A stretch of DNA of 64,000 nt from Candidatus Methylomirabilota bacterium (GCA_035635755.1 DASQAK010000198.1:12710-76709); one strand, 5' to 3'; numbered from the stretch's first letter, positions 16,793 through 25,705 are shown. The notes: generated by a model from the letters alone, not told the origin. Made by a program: numbers and translations.

Positions 16793-18193
16793 GTGGCGGG
16801 TATAGGATTTCGGCTGAAGCGGCTCATCGCCGAGGAGAGCTATGGCGGCTGGCTGCGGGCGCACCTCTACGGCGCCGTGCTGTCCTCGGGCCCCTGGCTC
16901 CTCAGCATCTTCACGCTCGCCTCCCTGAGCTTGCTCTCGCGCGGCATCGTCGACGATCCCGCGCGCGATCTCTTTCGCACCATCGTGGCGTGGACCTACT
17001 CCTTTTCCCTGGTGACCACGGGCGCGCTGCAGATGGTGGTCACGCGCCAGCTTGCCGACGCCCTGTATCTGGGACGGCTCGGGGTGGTGGTGACGGCCTT
17101 TCGCTGGACGATGGGCTGGACGGCCCTCGCCCATCTGGGGCTGGGCGCGATCTTTTACGGTCTGGCCCCCGGCCTCCCGCCCGGGGCCCGTGTCTTCGGC
17201 GTCATGCTGCTCGTGGTGGTGTCCTCGACGTGGATGGCCATGATCTTCGTGGGCGCCGCGCAGGACTACGCGAGCGTGGTCGTGGCCTTCTTCATGGGCA
17301 ACGCTGTGTCGGCGGCGGCGGCGCTCGGGGGCGGCTATCTCTGGGGCGTGGAGGGATACCTGGCGGGCTTCCTGCTCGGCCAGACCGCCATCGTCTTCGT
17401 GCTCGCGGCGCGGATCGAGCGCGAGTTTCCCGCCCGCGGCGACGCCGAGCGCCTTCGCTTCGGGCGTGCCCTGCGGAAGTACCGGGCCCTCGCGGTGGCG
17501 GGCACCTGCTACAACGCGGCCATCGTCGCGGACCGCGTGGTCTTCTGGTGCTCCGCCGAGGGCCGTCACGTGGCGAGCTGGTTCTGGGCTTCGCCGTACG
17601 ACACCGCGGTGTTCCTGGCCTATCTCTCCGTGGTACCGTCGCTCACCATCTTCCTCGTGCGCGTCGAGACGGACTTCTACGACCGCTTCCGTGAGTACTA
17701 CGGGGCCGTGAGCAAGCATGGGACGCTGGCCCAGGTGCTGCACGCCAAGGAGGGGATGGCCGAGTGCTTGCGCGAGAGCCTGCGCCGGGTCTTCCTCGCG
17801 CAGGGTCCGCTCACCCTCGCCCTCGTCGCGCTCGCCCCCTGGATCGCCGCGGGACTGGGCCTCGATCGATTGCAGGCGGCCATGCTGCGGCCACTCCTCG
17901 TGGGCGCGGCCCTGCATATCGTGGCGCTCTTCGGCACCATCATCCTGCTGTACTTCGATCGGCGCCGAGACGCCGCCGAGGTGTCCGTCATCTTCTTCGT
18001 GGCCAACCTGGCCCTGACTGCCGCCACGCTCTGGGCCGGACCGCGCTTCTATGGACAGGGATATCCGATGGCGGCGCTCCTCGCCGCGGCCTGGGCCTAC
18101 CACCGTCTCGAGCAGACCCTGCGCGACCTCGAATACCTGACCTTCGCCTCTCAGCCCATGGACCCCGAAGACCAGCCGGCCGCCGCCTCGTGA
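16793..18193 (+). CDS. pelG: PelG-like polytopic membrane protein (PST/MOP-type exporter)
   Basis: GTG start. The N-terminus MAGIGFRLKRLI.. is typical of PelG. About 12 hydrophobic segments, 466 aa. Confidence 0.88.
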   Translation: MAGIGFRLKRLIAEESYGGWLRAHLYGAVLSSGPWLLSIFTLASLSLLSRGIVDDPARDLFRTIVAWTYSFSLVTTGALQMVVTRQLADALYLGRLGVVVTAFRWTMGWTALAHLGLGAIFYGLAPGLPPGARVFGVMLLVVVSSTWMAMIFVGAAQDYASVVVAFFMGNAVSAAAALGGGYLWGVEGYLAGFLLGQTAIVFVLAARIEREFPARGDAERLRFGRALRKYRALAVAGTCYNAAIVADRVVFWCSAEGRHVASWFWASPYDTAVFLAYLSVVPSLTIFLVRVETDFYDRFREYYGAVSKHGTLAQVLHAKEGMAECLRESLRRVFLAQGPLTLALVALAPWIAAGLGLDRLQAAMLRPLLVGAALHIVALFGTIILLYFDRRRDAAEVSVIFFVANLALTAATLWAGPRFYGQGYPMAALLAAAWAYHRLEQTLRDLEYLTFASQPMDPEDQPAAAS

Positions 18194-19869
18194 CGCGGCG
18201 GTCCGCTCCCGAAGGAATACGGGCGGAGCGCGTGGTGGTCGCCATGCTGCTCCTGCTGCTGGGAGCGGCCATCGTCCTGCCCCTCCTCGACGTCCTGATG
18301 GGCGCCGTGGTCATCGATCGCCGGCCGACGATGGAGATCCTCACCGCGGTCTTCGCGAAGCCTCTCTTCGTGCGGGCGCTCGCCAACACCCTGCTTTCCG
18401 GGGTGCTCGTGGTGGGACTCGGCAGCCTGATCGCGGTCCCGCTCGCCTGGCTCACCGCCCGCTATGACTTTCCCGGTCGCCGGGTGCTGACCACGCTCGG
18501 GCTCCTGCCCCTCGTCGTGCCGCCTTTCGTGGGCGCCATGGCCTTCCAGCAGATCCTGGGCCGGGAGGGCATGGTCGACCTCTTCCTCCTCCAGCGCTTC
18601 GGCCTGAGTCTTCCCTTCATGGAGGGGCTCCGTGGCGTCGTCCTCGTGCAGACGCTCCACTACTTTCCTGTCATCATGGTCGCCACGGCCGCGGCCCTGT
18701 CCGGAATCGATCGCTCGCTCGAGGAGGCCGCGCAGGTGCTCGGCGCCTCGGGTCTGCGCCTCCACCGTCGCATCCTGCTCCCCCTGGCCCGGAGCGGATA
18801 TGCCGCCGGCGCGCTCCTGACCTTCGTCCGCGTCATCGACGACCTCGGCACGCCTCTCATGCTCGACTACCCGACGCTCCTCGCCCCCCAGGCCTATATC
18901 CGCGTGAGCACCGACGGCGTGGCGGACGGGGAGGCGTCCGTCATCTGTGTCGTCCTGATCGCGCTCTCGCTCGGGGCGCTCTGGCTCTTCACGCGCGCGC
19001 TCGGACGGAAGGAGCTGACGGCGCTGGGCCAGAGCGGGAAGAGCCCTACCATTCGCCTGCGGGCCGTCGGCACCACCGGGGCGTGGGCGCTGGCCGCGCT
19101 GTTCCTGTGCCCCGCGCTCCTGCCCCAGCTCGGCCTTGTCCTTCTCTCCGTGTCCAAGGTGTGGAGCTTGACGCTCCTCCCGAGCGAGTACACGACAGCC
19201 CACTATTGGGGGATTCTCTCGCTGACGCCTTTCATCTGGAACACGCTCCGCTACGCCGTGCTGGCGGCTTGCGTCGACATGGCGCTGGGCACCGTGATCG
19301 CCTGGCTCCTGCTGAGAGGTCGCACGCGCGGGGGCGCATGGCTGGATGCCGTCGCATCGGTGCCCCTGGCCGTGCCGGGCGTGGTGCTGGCCATCGGCTA
19401 TCTACGCTTCTTCCACGGCTGGAACGTGCCGGGCCTGGGCGCGCCGCTGACCGCGACGTGGCTTCCGCTCGTCGTGGTCTACGCCGTAGGGCGCTTGCCG
19501 TACACGGTACGCGGCAGCTACGCCGCGCTCCAGCGGCTGCCGCCGTCGCTCGAAGAAGCCGCCCAGGGCCTCGGAGCCAGCCGGGCGCGCGCCTTCCTCA
19601 AGATGACGGCGCCGCTCATGGCGAGCGGGCTCCTCGTGGGCGGCCTCGTGGCTTTCGTGAGCTCGGCCTCTGATGTTTCCGCGACGCTGCTGCTCGTGCC
19701 GCGCCCCGAGCTCGGGCCGCTCTCCTACGGCATCTTTCTCATCAGGCTCCTGGATGGAGGCCGCGGCCCGGCGGCCGCCCTCGGCGTGATCGTCATCGCG
19801 ATCGTGGCCGCGGGCACCTGGGTCGCCGCGCGCCTCGCCCTCCGCGGCGCCGCCACGACGAGGAGCTGA
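18190..19869 (+). CDS. ABC importer permease with two fused transmembrane domains (FbpB/ThiP-like); start uncertain
   Basis: A GTG at 18190 overlaps the pelG stop (GTGA); alternative ATG at 18244. There are two BPD-transporter EAA-type loops (..LEEAAQVLGAS.. and ..LEEAAQGLGAS..). Confidence 0.85.
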   Translation: MTRRSAPEGIRAERVVVAMLLLLLGAAIVLPLLDVLMGAVVIDRRPTMEILTAVFAKPLFVRALANTLLSGVLVVGLGSLIAVPLAWLTARYDFPGRRVLTTLGLLPLVVPPFVGAMAFQQILGREGMVDLFLLQRFGLSLPFMEGLRGVVLVQTLHYFPVIMVATAAALSGIDRSLEEAAQVLGASGLRLHRRILLPLARSGYAAGALLTFVRVIDDLGTPLMLDYPTLLAPQAYIRVSTDGVADGEASVICVVLIALSLGALWLFTRALGRKELTALGQSGKSPTIRLRAVGTTGAWALAALFLCPALLPQLGLVLLSVSKVWSLTLLPSEYTTAHYWGILSLTPFIWNTLRYAVLAACVDMALGTVIAWLLLRGRTRGGAWLDAVASVPLAVPGVVLAIGYLRFFHGWNVPGLGAPLTATWLPLVVVYAVGRLPYTVRGSYAALQRLPPSLEEAAQGLGASRARAFLKMTAPLMASGLLVGGLVAFVSSASDVSATLLLVPRPELGPLSYGIFLIRLLDGGRGPAAALGVIVIAIVAAGTWVAARLALRGAATTRS

Positions 19870-19873
19870 GACG

Positions 19874-21040
19874 ATGGCGTCCGCGCGGGGGCGGGGACTC
19901 TGGGCCCTGCAGGTGTCCATGTTCATCGGCACCTTCGCCTGGTCGTTCATCCAGGTCAGCCTGCCCTTCTACATCGGGAAGATCTCCACGCTGGACGCGG
20001 CGGCGACTCTGCGGTGGACGGGCTGGATCCTCGGCATCAGCTCGCTCGTCACCATGGTCATGGCGCCGTTCTCCGCGCGTATCTTCGGGGAGAAGAATCC
20101 CAAGCGCTCCTATGTCGCCACCCAGATGCTCCAGGGCGGCGGCTTCTTTTTCATGGCCGCCTCCCGCACGCTCCTCGATCTCTTCTTCTCGCGGATGCTC
20201 CTGGGCTTCATGGGCGCCGTCTCCACCTTCGCCTTCATCATGGTGGGACGGAGTGGTGGAGATATCCGGCGCGGCATATCCGCCATCCAGTCGGGCATGA
20301 CCCTGGGGCAGGTGCTGGGACCGGCTGCGGGCGCTCTCGTGGCGGCCCGCCTGGGCTTTCGACTCTCCTTCGTGATGGCGGGCTTCATGCTCTGGGCCTG
20401 CTCCGCTCTGGTGGGCTGGGGTGTGCCCACGCAGCAGCCTCAGGGATCGGCGCGCGACCGCGCCCAGACCGCATCCGTCCGCGAGATCGCCACCGTGTGT
20501 CTGCTCGTCCTGGCGGGCTCGACCCAGATATTCTTCCTCACGGCCATCTTGCCGACGATCCTTCCGCCCCTCGGCGTGCCCGCGGCCATGACCCTCGAGG
20601 TGGGCGGGCTCCTGATCATGGCCACGGGCCTGGCCGCCGCCCTCGGCTCCATGGCGGCGCCGCGTATCGGCGAGATCGTGGGCGATCGGACCACCATCGT
20701 CTGGTTTCTCGCCGCCTCCTCGCTCGCGCTGGGTGGGCTCGCCTTGGCGCCGGGCGTATGGAGCTTTGGCATCGTGCGGTTCTTCCAGGTGCTGTGCATC
20801 GCGCCGGTCTTTCCCCTGTCCGTGGCCGGCGTCGCGCAGCGGGCGTCCGGAATGGCCATCGGCATCGTGAACTCTTCGCGGATCGCCGGCGCATTTCTCG
20901 GGCCCGTGCTCGCCACCACGCTGCTCGCGTGGCTGCCGCCGGCGGCGGTCTATCTGACCGTGGCCGCGCTGGGACTGCTGGTGGCGCCCCTCGTGGCCCG
21001 CCTCGGCCTGCGGGGACGCGGCGGGAAGGAGGCGATGTGA
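19874..21040 (+). CDS. MFS transporter
   Basis: 388 aa, about 12 TM segments, typical MFS composition. It is inserted between the ABC permease and its ATPase. Confidence 0.8.
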   Translation: MASARGRGLWALQVSMFIGTFAWSFIQVSLPFYIGKISTLDAAATLRWTGWILGISSLVTMVMAPFSARIFGEKNPKRSYVATQMLQGGGFFFMAASRTLLDLFFSRMLLGFMGAVSTFAFIMVGRSGGDIRRGISAIQSGMTLGQVLGPAAGALVAARLGFRLSFVMAGFMLWACSALVGWGVPTQQPQGSARDRAQTASVREIATVCLLVLAGSTQIFFLTAILPTILPPLGVPAAMTLEVGGLLIMATGLAAALGSMAAPRIGEIVGDRTTIVWFLAASSLALGGLALAPGVWSFGIVRFFQVLCIAPVFPLSVAGVAQRASGMAIGIVNSSRIAGAFLGPVLATTLLAWLPPAAVYLTVAALGLLVAPLVARLGLRGRGGKEAM

Positions 21041-22155
21041 TGACTCAGGACGAGGCGGTGGTCCGGGTATCGGAAGCGCGCATGGAAGGCGTGGGCAAGC
21101 GCTACGGGGGCAGATGGGCCGTTCGCGATATCTCGCTCTCCATCCGTCCCGGCGAGTTCTACACGCTTCTCGGTCCCTCGGGCAGCGGCAAGACCACGCT
21201 GCTTCGGATGCTCGCGGGGTTCATCACGCCCGACGAGGGGCGCATCGTGGTGGACGACGAGCCCATCGACGACGTGCCGCCCTGGAAGCGCAACCTGGGC
21301 ATGGTCTTCCGCGACTACGCTCTTTGGCCCCACCTGAGCGTGTTCGAGAACGTGGCCTTCGGGCTCCGCGAGCGCGGCGCGCGGGGGGCCGAGCTCGAGG
21401 GCAAGGTCAAAGCTGCCCTGCGGCAGGTGGGCCTCGCGGGCATCGAGGCGCGCCGGCCCTCGGAGCTCTCGGGAGATGAGCAGCAGCGCGTGGCGGTGGC
21501 GCGCGCCCTCGTCGTCCAGCCACGGCTCCTGCTACTCGACGAGCCGCTCTCCGAGCTGGACGCGCAGCCCCGCGCCCGCATGCGTCTCGAGCTCGCGCGC
21601 CTGCACCGCGAGGTCGGCATCACCACGCTGTACGTCACTCATGACCAGGCCGAGGCGCTCTCGCTGTCCACCCGCATCGGGGTGGTGTCGGGCGGATCCC
21701 TCATCCAGGAGGGGAAGCCCGAGGAGATTTACTGGAAGCCGCGCAACGCGTTCGTCGCCGAGTTCGTGGGCGCGGCCAATCTCGTGCCCGTTCGCGTGAC
21801 CGAGCTGCGTGAGATGGGCGTGGTGGTGGAGACGGCGGGCGGCGCGCGCCTGCCCGTCTCCTCCGGCGCGCACACCTGGACGGCGGGCGCGCGCGCCCTT
21901 CTCTGTCTCCGGCCCGAGGCGCTGCGGGTGGAGGAGGCCGCCCTCGCCCCCGGAGGCATTCCAGGCACAGTGGCCGGCCACGTGTTCGAGGGCTCACGCC
22001 AGCTCTACGACGTCAGCATTCCCGGGGCGACGGTCAGGGTCGAGATGATCACCTCCGCCCTCGTGGGCCGGAGCTTCCGCCTGGGCGATGAGGTCAAGAT
22101 CGAGGTGTCCCCCGAGACTTCCGTCCTCCTCCCCGACGAGCGGCCCGCCCCGTGA
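21040..22155 (+). CDS. ABC transporter ATP-binding protein with C-terminal TOBE-like domain (PotA/FbpC/CysA type)
   Basis: The ATG overlaps the MFS stop. Walker A GPSGSGKTT, signature LSGDEQQR, Walker B LLLLDEP. The C-terminal regulatory domain is about 120 aa. Confidence 0.92.
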   Translation: MTQDEAVVRVSEARMEGVGKRYGGRWAVRDISLSIRPGEFYTLLGPSGSGKTTLLRMLAGFITPDEGRIVVDDEPIDDVPPWKRNLGMVFRDYALWPHLSVFENVAFGLRERGARGAELEGKVKAALRQVGLAGIEARRPSELSGDEQQRVAVARALVVQPRLLLLDEPLSELDAQPRARMRLELARLHREVGITTLYVTHDQAEALSLSTRIGVVSGGSLIQEGKPEEIYWKPRNAFVAEFVGAANLVPVRVTELREMGVVVETAGGARLPVSSGAHTWTAGARALLCLRPEALRVEEAALAPGGIPGTVAGHVFEGSRQLYDVSIPGATVRVEMITSALVGRSFRLGDEVKIEVSPETSVLLPDERPAP

Positions 22156-22183
22156 TAATCTTCTGGGCCGGAGGATAGAATTC

Positions 22184-22504
22184 ATGAACAGCGAGCTGAC
22201 GCCGGCCGAACTCAAGGCGCGCCTGGACGAGCGCGCCCCTGTCGTGCTCCTCGACGTGCGCCAGGACTGGGAGACCAAGCTCTGCCGGCTGGAGAACGCC
22301 GTGCACATCCCCATCGAGGAGATCGAGCTCAGGACCGACGAGCTCAACTCCGCCGACGAGATCGTCGTGTACTGCCACCAGGGCGTGCGCAGCGCCGCCG
22401 TGGCCGAGTACCTGCGGAGCCTCGGCTTCGGTAACGTGAAGAACCTGGCAGGCGGTCTCGACGCCTGGGCGCGCGCCGTCGACCCCTCGATGCGCCGCTA
22501 CTGA
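22184..22504 (+). CDS. Single-domain rhodanese (sulfurtransferase)
   Basis: GGAGGA precedes the ATG at 22184. Active-site loop VVYCHQGVRS. 106 aa. Confidence 0.85.
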   Translation: MNSELTPAELKARLDERAPVVLLDVRQDWETKLCRLENAVHIPIEEIELRTDELNSADEIVVYCHQGVRSAAVAEYLRSLGFGNVKNLAGGLDAWARAVDPSMRRY

Positions 22505-22506
22505 TG

Positions 22507-22795
22507 TTCGAGCCGAGACGCTGCCGACGAGCCGTAGGCGAGGAGAGCGGCGAGGCGAGGGCTGGGTTGAGCTTCGAGCCGAGACGCTGCCGACGAGCCG
22601 CAGGCGAGGAGAGCGGCGAGGCGAGGGCTGGGTTGAGCTTCGAGCCGAGACGCTGCCCGCCGTTCGAGCCGAGTGGCGGCCCGCGGCCGTCGCGAGGCGA
22701 GAGCTGGGTTGGTCCCGCAGGCGTGGCAGTTCGAGCTGAAGGGCATAGCCTTGAGGCGAGGGCTGAGTCGATCAGCGACGAGGCGAGGGCTGAAT
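22507..22795 (+). repeat. Intergenic repeat array, family R1 (TTCGAGCYGAG...GAGGCGAGGGCTGRRT units)
   Basis: Two abutting 66-bp copies (22507-22572 and 22573-22638) are 65/66 identical. Three shorter diverged units start at 22639, 22663 and 22730. The array ends 2 nt before the ATG at 22798. Confidence 0.9.
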
Positions 22796-22797
22796 AG

Positions 22798-23562
22798 ATG
22801 TCGGATCTGGTTCGGGTCGAGCGAAAAGGTCGCTGCGCGTGGGTGACCTTGGATCGGCCCCCCCTCAACCTCTTCACGCCCGAGCTCATCGCGGCCGTGC
22901 GCGAGACGTTCGACACCCTCGCGCGCGACGCCGGCGTGGGCGCGGCGGTGCTGACGGGGGCGGGCCGTGCCTTCACGGCTGGCATGCAGGTACAGGTGCT
23001 GCGGGATCTCACGCCCGCCTCCGCCAAGGCCCTGATCACCTCGCTGCACGAGGCCATCCACGCCGTTCACGAGGCGCCCTTCCCCACGATTGCCATGGTC
23101 AACGGCCCCTGTCTCGGCGCCGGCTTCGAGCTTGCCATGGCCTGCGACATCCGCACCGCCGCCGACGGCGCGCGGCTGGGACTGCCGGAGGTCAAGGTGG
23201 GCGTGCCCTCGGTGATCGAGGCGGCCCTCCTGCCCGCCCTCGTCGGCCCCGGGCGCGCGGCCGAGATCCTCCTGACGGGCGAGCCCGTGGACGCCGCCCA
23301 GGCGCTCGAGTGGGGTCTCGTCAACCGTGTCGCCTCGCCGGACAAGCTCGAGGCCGTGACGGCCGAGATGGCGGGGCAGATCCTCGCGTGCGCCCCGGGC
23401 GCCATCCGCCTGCAGAAAGAGCTGATCGTGCGGTGGCGAAACGCGGATCTCTCCTCGGCCATCCGCTTCGGCATCAACGCCTTCGCCCAGAGCTACGCCA
23501 CGGGCGAGCCTCGCGAGGCGGCCCTCGCCTTTCTCGAGAAGCGCCGGCCGAAGTTCGAGTAG
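22798..23562 (+). CDS. Enoyl-CoA hydratase/isomerase (crotonase superfamily)
   Basis: 254 aa. Contains ..VLTGAGRAFTAGMQV.. and ..NGPCLGAGFELAMACDIR.., typical crotonase oxyanion-hole segments. Confidence 0.9.
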   Translation: MSDLVRVERKGRCAWVTLDRPPLNLFTPELIAAVRETFDTLARDAGVGAAVLTGAGRAFTAGMQVQVLRDLTPASAKALITSLHEAIHAVHEAPFPTIAMVNGPCLGAGFELAMACDIRTAADGARLGLPEVKVGVPSVIEAALLPALVGPGRAAEILLTGEPVDAAQALEWGLVNRVASPDKLEAVTAEMAGQILACAPGAIRLQKELIVRWRNADLSSAIRFGINAFAQSYATGEPREAALAFLEKRRPKFE

Positions 23563-23566
23563 GGCC

Positions 23567-24301
23567 ATGGTCAAGGCGGTGACCTTCGATTTCTGGGAGA
23601 CGCTCGTGCAGGATTCGGCGGAGAACCTGCGCGCCCAGCGGAGGCTCCGCATCGAGGCCCTCCACCAAGCCGTCCGTCGAGCCGGCTGCGAGCTCGAGGA
23701 ATCGCTCGTCGTGGAGGCCTACGATCGCTCGGAGCGCATGCTCACCGAGAGCTTCTGGAGCCAGGACCGCGATCCGCGCATCGAGGAGCAGGTGCGGCTC
23801 GTCCTCGAGATCGTTTCCCCGAGCGTCTGCGAGGCGATGCCCACCGCGCACTTCGAGGATGCGCTTGCCGGCTACATCGAGCCCGTGCTGCGACTCCCGC
23901 CCGCCCTGTGCCCGGGGGCGGACGAAGCCGTGCGGGCCCTCGCCGCGCGCGGGATCGCCCTCGGGATCGTGTCGAACACGGGCCGGACGCCCGGCATCAT
24001 CCTGAGGAAGGTTCTCGCAAGCTACGATCTCCTGCGTCACTTCTCCGTCATTTCCTACTCCGACGAAGTCGGCTACCGCAAGCCCGACGCCGAGATATTC
24101 CGCCGCACCCTCGCCGCCCTCGCCACCGAGCCGCGCCACGCCGCGCATGTGGGCGACAACCCGATCGCCGACGTTCAGGGCGCCCAGGGCATCGGGATGC
24201 GCGGGATCCACTTCGCGGCCGCGGGCACGCCCGGCGCCGCCCATGCCGATCTCGTGGTCACCGATCTCCGCCAGCTCGTCGATCGCCTCCTCGATAGCTG
24301 A
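23567..24301 (+). CDS. HAD-superfamily hydrolase (subfamily IA-like)
   Basis: Motif I variant VTFDFWETLV. Motif IV region HVGDNPIADVQGAQGIGMRGI. 244 aa. Confidence 0.75.
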   Translation: MVKAVTFDFWETLVQDSAENLRAQRRLRIEALHQAVRRAGCELEESLVVEAYDRSERMLTESFWSQDRDPRIEEQVRLVLEIVSPSVCEAMPTAHFEDALAGYIEPVLRLPPALCPGADEAVRALAARGIALGIVSNTGRTPGIILRKVLASYDLLRHFSVISYSDEVGYRKPDAEIFRRTLAALATEPRHAAHVGDNPIADVQGAQGIGMRGIHFAAAGTPGAAHADLVVTDLRQLVDRLLDS

Positions 24302-24326
24302 TCGCGGTTTGTATTGCGTCATCTGA

Positions 24327-24878
24327 ATGTCACGCGTAAGATCGACGCCCGTCATGGATGTGGCCGCCCTCAGAGCAAAAATTCGCGACATCAAGGATTT
24401 CCCCACCGAAGGCATTCTCTTCAAAGACATCACCACGCTGCTCAAGGATGGTCCGGCCTGGACGGCGGTGATCGAGCATCTGGCCGCCCGACATGGCCGA
24501 GGCAGCGTGGACGTGGTGGTCGGCGTCGAGTCGCGAGGCTTCATCTTCGGCGGCGCGCTCGCGCAGCAGCTGGGGGCGGGTTTCGTCCCCGTGCGCAAGA
24601 AAGGCAAGCTGCCGTCACGGGTCATCGAAGAAGAATACGAGCTCGAATATGGCCGGGATGTCCTGGCCATTCACGAAGACGCCATCCGCCAGGGCCAGAA
24701 GGTCCTGGTGGTGGACGACCTGCTCGCCACGGGCGGCACCATGGCCGCCACGCTTCGCCTCATCGAGCGCCTGGGCGGCGTCGTGGTGGCCGCGGAGTTC
24801 CTCATCGAGCTCAGGTTCCTCAAGGGACGTGATCGGCTGAAAGGCTACCGCGTCGAGTCGCTCATCCAGTACGACTGA
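24327..24878 (+). CDS. apt: Adenine phosphoribosyltransferase
   Basis: [24 protein letters not shown], and the PRPP loop [13 protein letters not shown]. The true start may be the ATG at 24354 ([10 protein letters not shown]..). Confidence 0.93.
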   Translation: MSRVRSTPVMDVAALRAKIRDIKDFPTEGILFKDITTLLKDGPAWTAVIEHLAARHGRGSVDVVVGVESRGFIFGGALAQQLGAGFVPVRKKGKLPSRVIEEEYELEYGRDVLAIHEDAIRQGQKVLVVDDLLATGGTMAATLRLIERLGGVVVAAEFLIELRFLKGRDRLKGYRVESLIQYD

Positions 24879-24880
24879 GG

Positions 24881-25309
24881 AGTCCGCATGGATCGTCCGT
24901 TGAGCGAGAGCACCAGCGCGCCCGGGCCCTGGGGGGGGCGACCATGGGCCGCATCGTTTCGTGGGGCGTGGCGGGGGTCGATCCGGATATCATGAGCATA
25001 GGGCCCGTGCCGGCCTCGCGGCAGGCGCTGCACCGGGCCGGCCTCGGGGTGCAGGAGCTCGACCTCGTCGAGATCAATGAAGCCTTCGCCGCGCAGTACC
25101 TCGCGGTGGAGCGGGAGCTGGGGTTGGACAGGGAAAAATCGAACGTCAACGGGGGCGCGGTGGCCCTCGGGCACCCGGTGGGTGCCTCGGGGGCGCGGCT
25201 CTGCTTCACCCAGGAGCTTGGACGGCGACGGGGCCGTTTCGGCCTCGCCTCGCTCTGCATCGGGGGCGGGCAGGGGATCGCCATGGTGGTGGAGGCCCTT
25301 CATGACTAG
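24881..25309 (+). pseudogene. 3'-terminal remnant (about 120-140 aa) of an acetyl-CoA acetyltransferase (thiolase) gene
   Basis: ..[81 protein letters not shown] corresponds to the last third of a roughly 390-aa thiolase. The N-terminal about 255 aa, including the acylated Cys, have no room because apt ends at 24878. Confidence 0.75.
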
Positions 25310-25652
25310 GTCGACCCGGACGATCGCGTCGGCGCTCCTGATCCTGCTGCTCGGCGCGGCTGCGCCGGCCGCGGCGGAAGAGCTTCGCCAGGGTCTCAAT
25401 GCTCCGCTGATTCTCCAGATGCTGTCACGGCCCCCCGACAAGCCCGAGACGATCATGAAGGAGGGTCTTCGTCGCGACGCCGAGCTCTCGAAGGTGACGC
25501 GCCCCTCGGAGGGACAGGTGATGCCGGATGGCTCGGTCCGCTACGGCAGCATGGACGGGGCCTCCGTCACGGTGACGATCAAGAACCCGTGCCCGCCGGG
25601 CGATATCGCCCACGAGATGGCCGTCCCGCTGCCCGGCCGCGGCCGCAGGTAG
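25302..25652 (+). CDS. Small secreted hypothetical protein
   Basis: The ATG at 25302 overlaps the end of the thiolase remnant. Signal peptide MTRSTRTIASALLILLLGAAAPAAA. 116 aa. High GC3. Confidence 0.6.
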   Translation: MTRSTRTIASALLILLLGAAAPAAAEELRQGLNAPLILQMLSRPPDKPETIMKEGLRRDAELSKVTRPSEGQVMPDGSVRYGSMDGASVTVTIKNPCPPGDIAHEMAVPLPGRGRR

Positions 25653-25705
25653 CCGTACCGCCGCTCCACGCTGTCCGCTCCTCGTACCAGGGAGGTCGTT
25701 CGAGC

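Noticed and set aside
22507-22700. Possible CRISPR array (regularly spaced repeats).
   Set aside because: The repeats abut each other with no unique spacers. The units are 66 bp or irregular, and no cas genes or leader are present.
22504-22797. 97-aa + ORF (MFEPRRCRRAVGEESGEARAGLSFEPRRC...) and the overlapping minus ORFs.
   Set aside because: The 'protein' is just the translation of the 66-bp tandem repeat. The same DNA motif recurs in other spacers in different frames, so it is non-coding repeat DNA.
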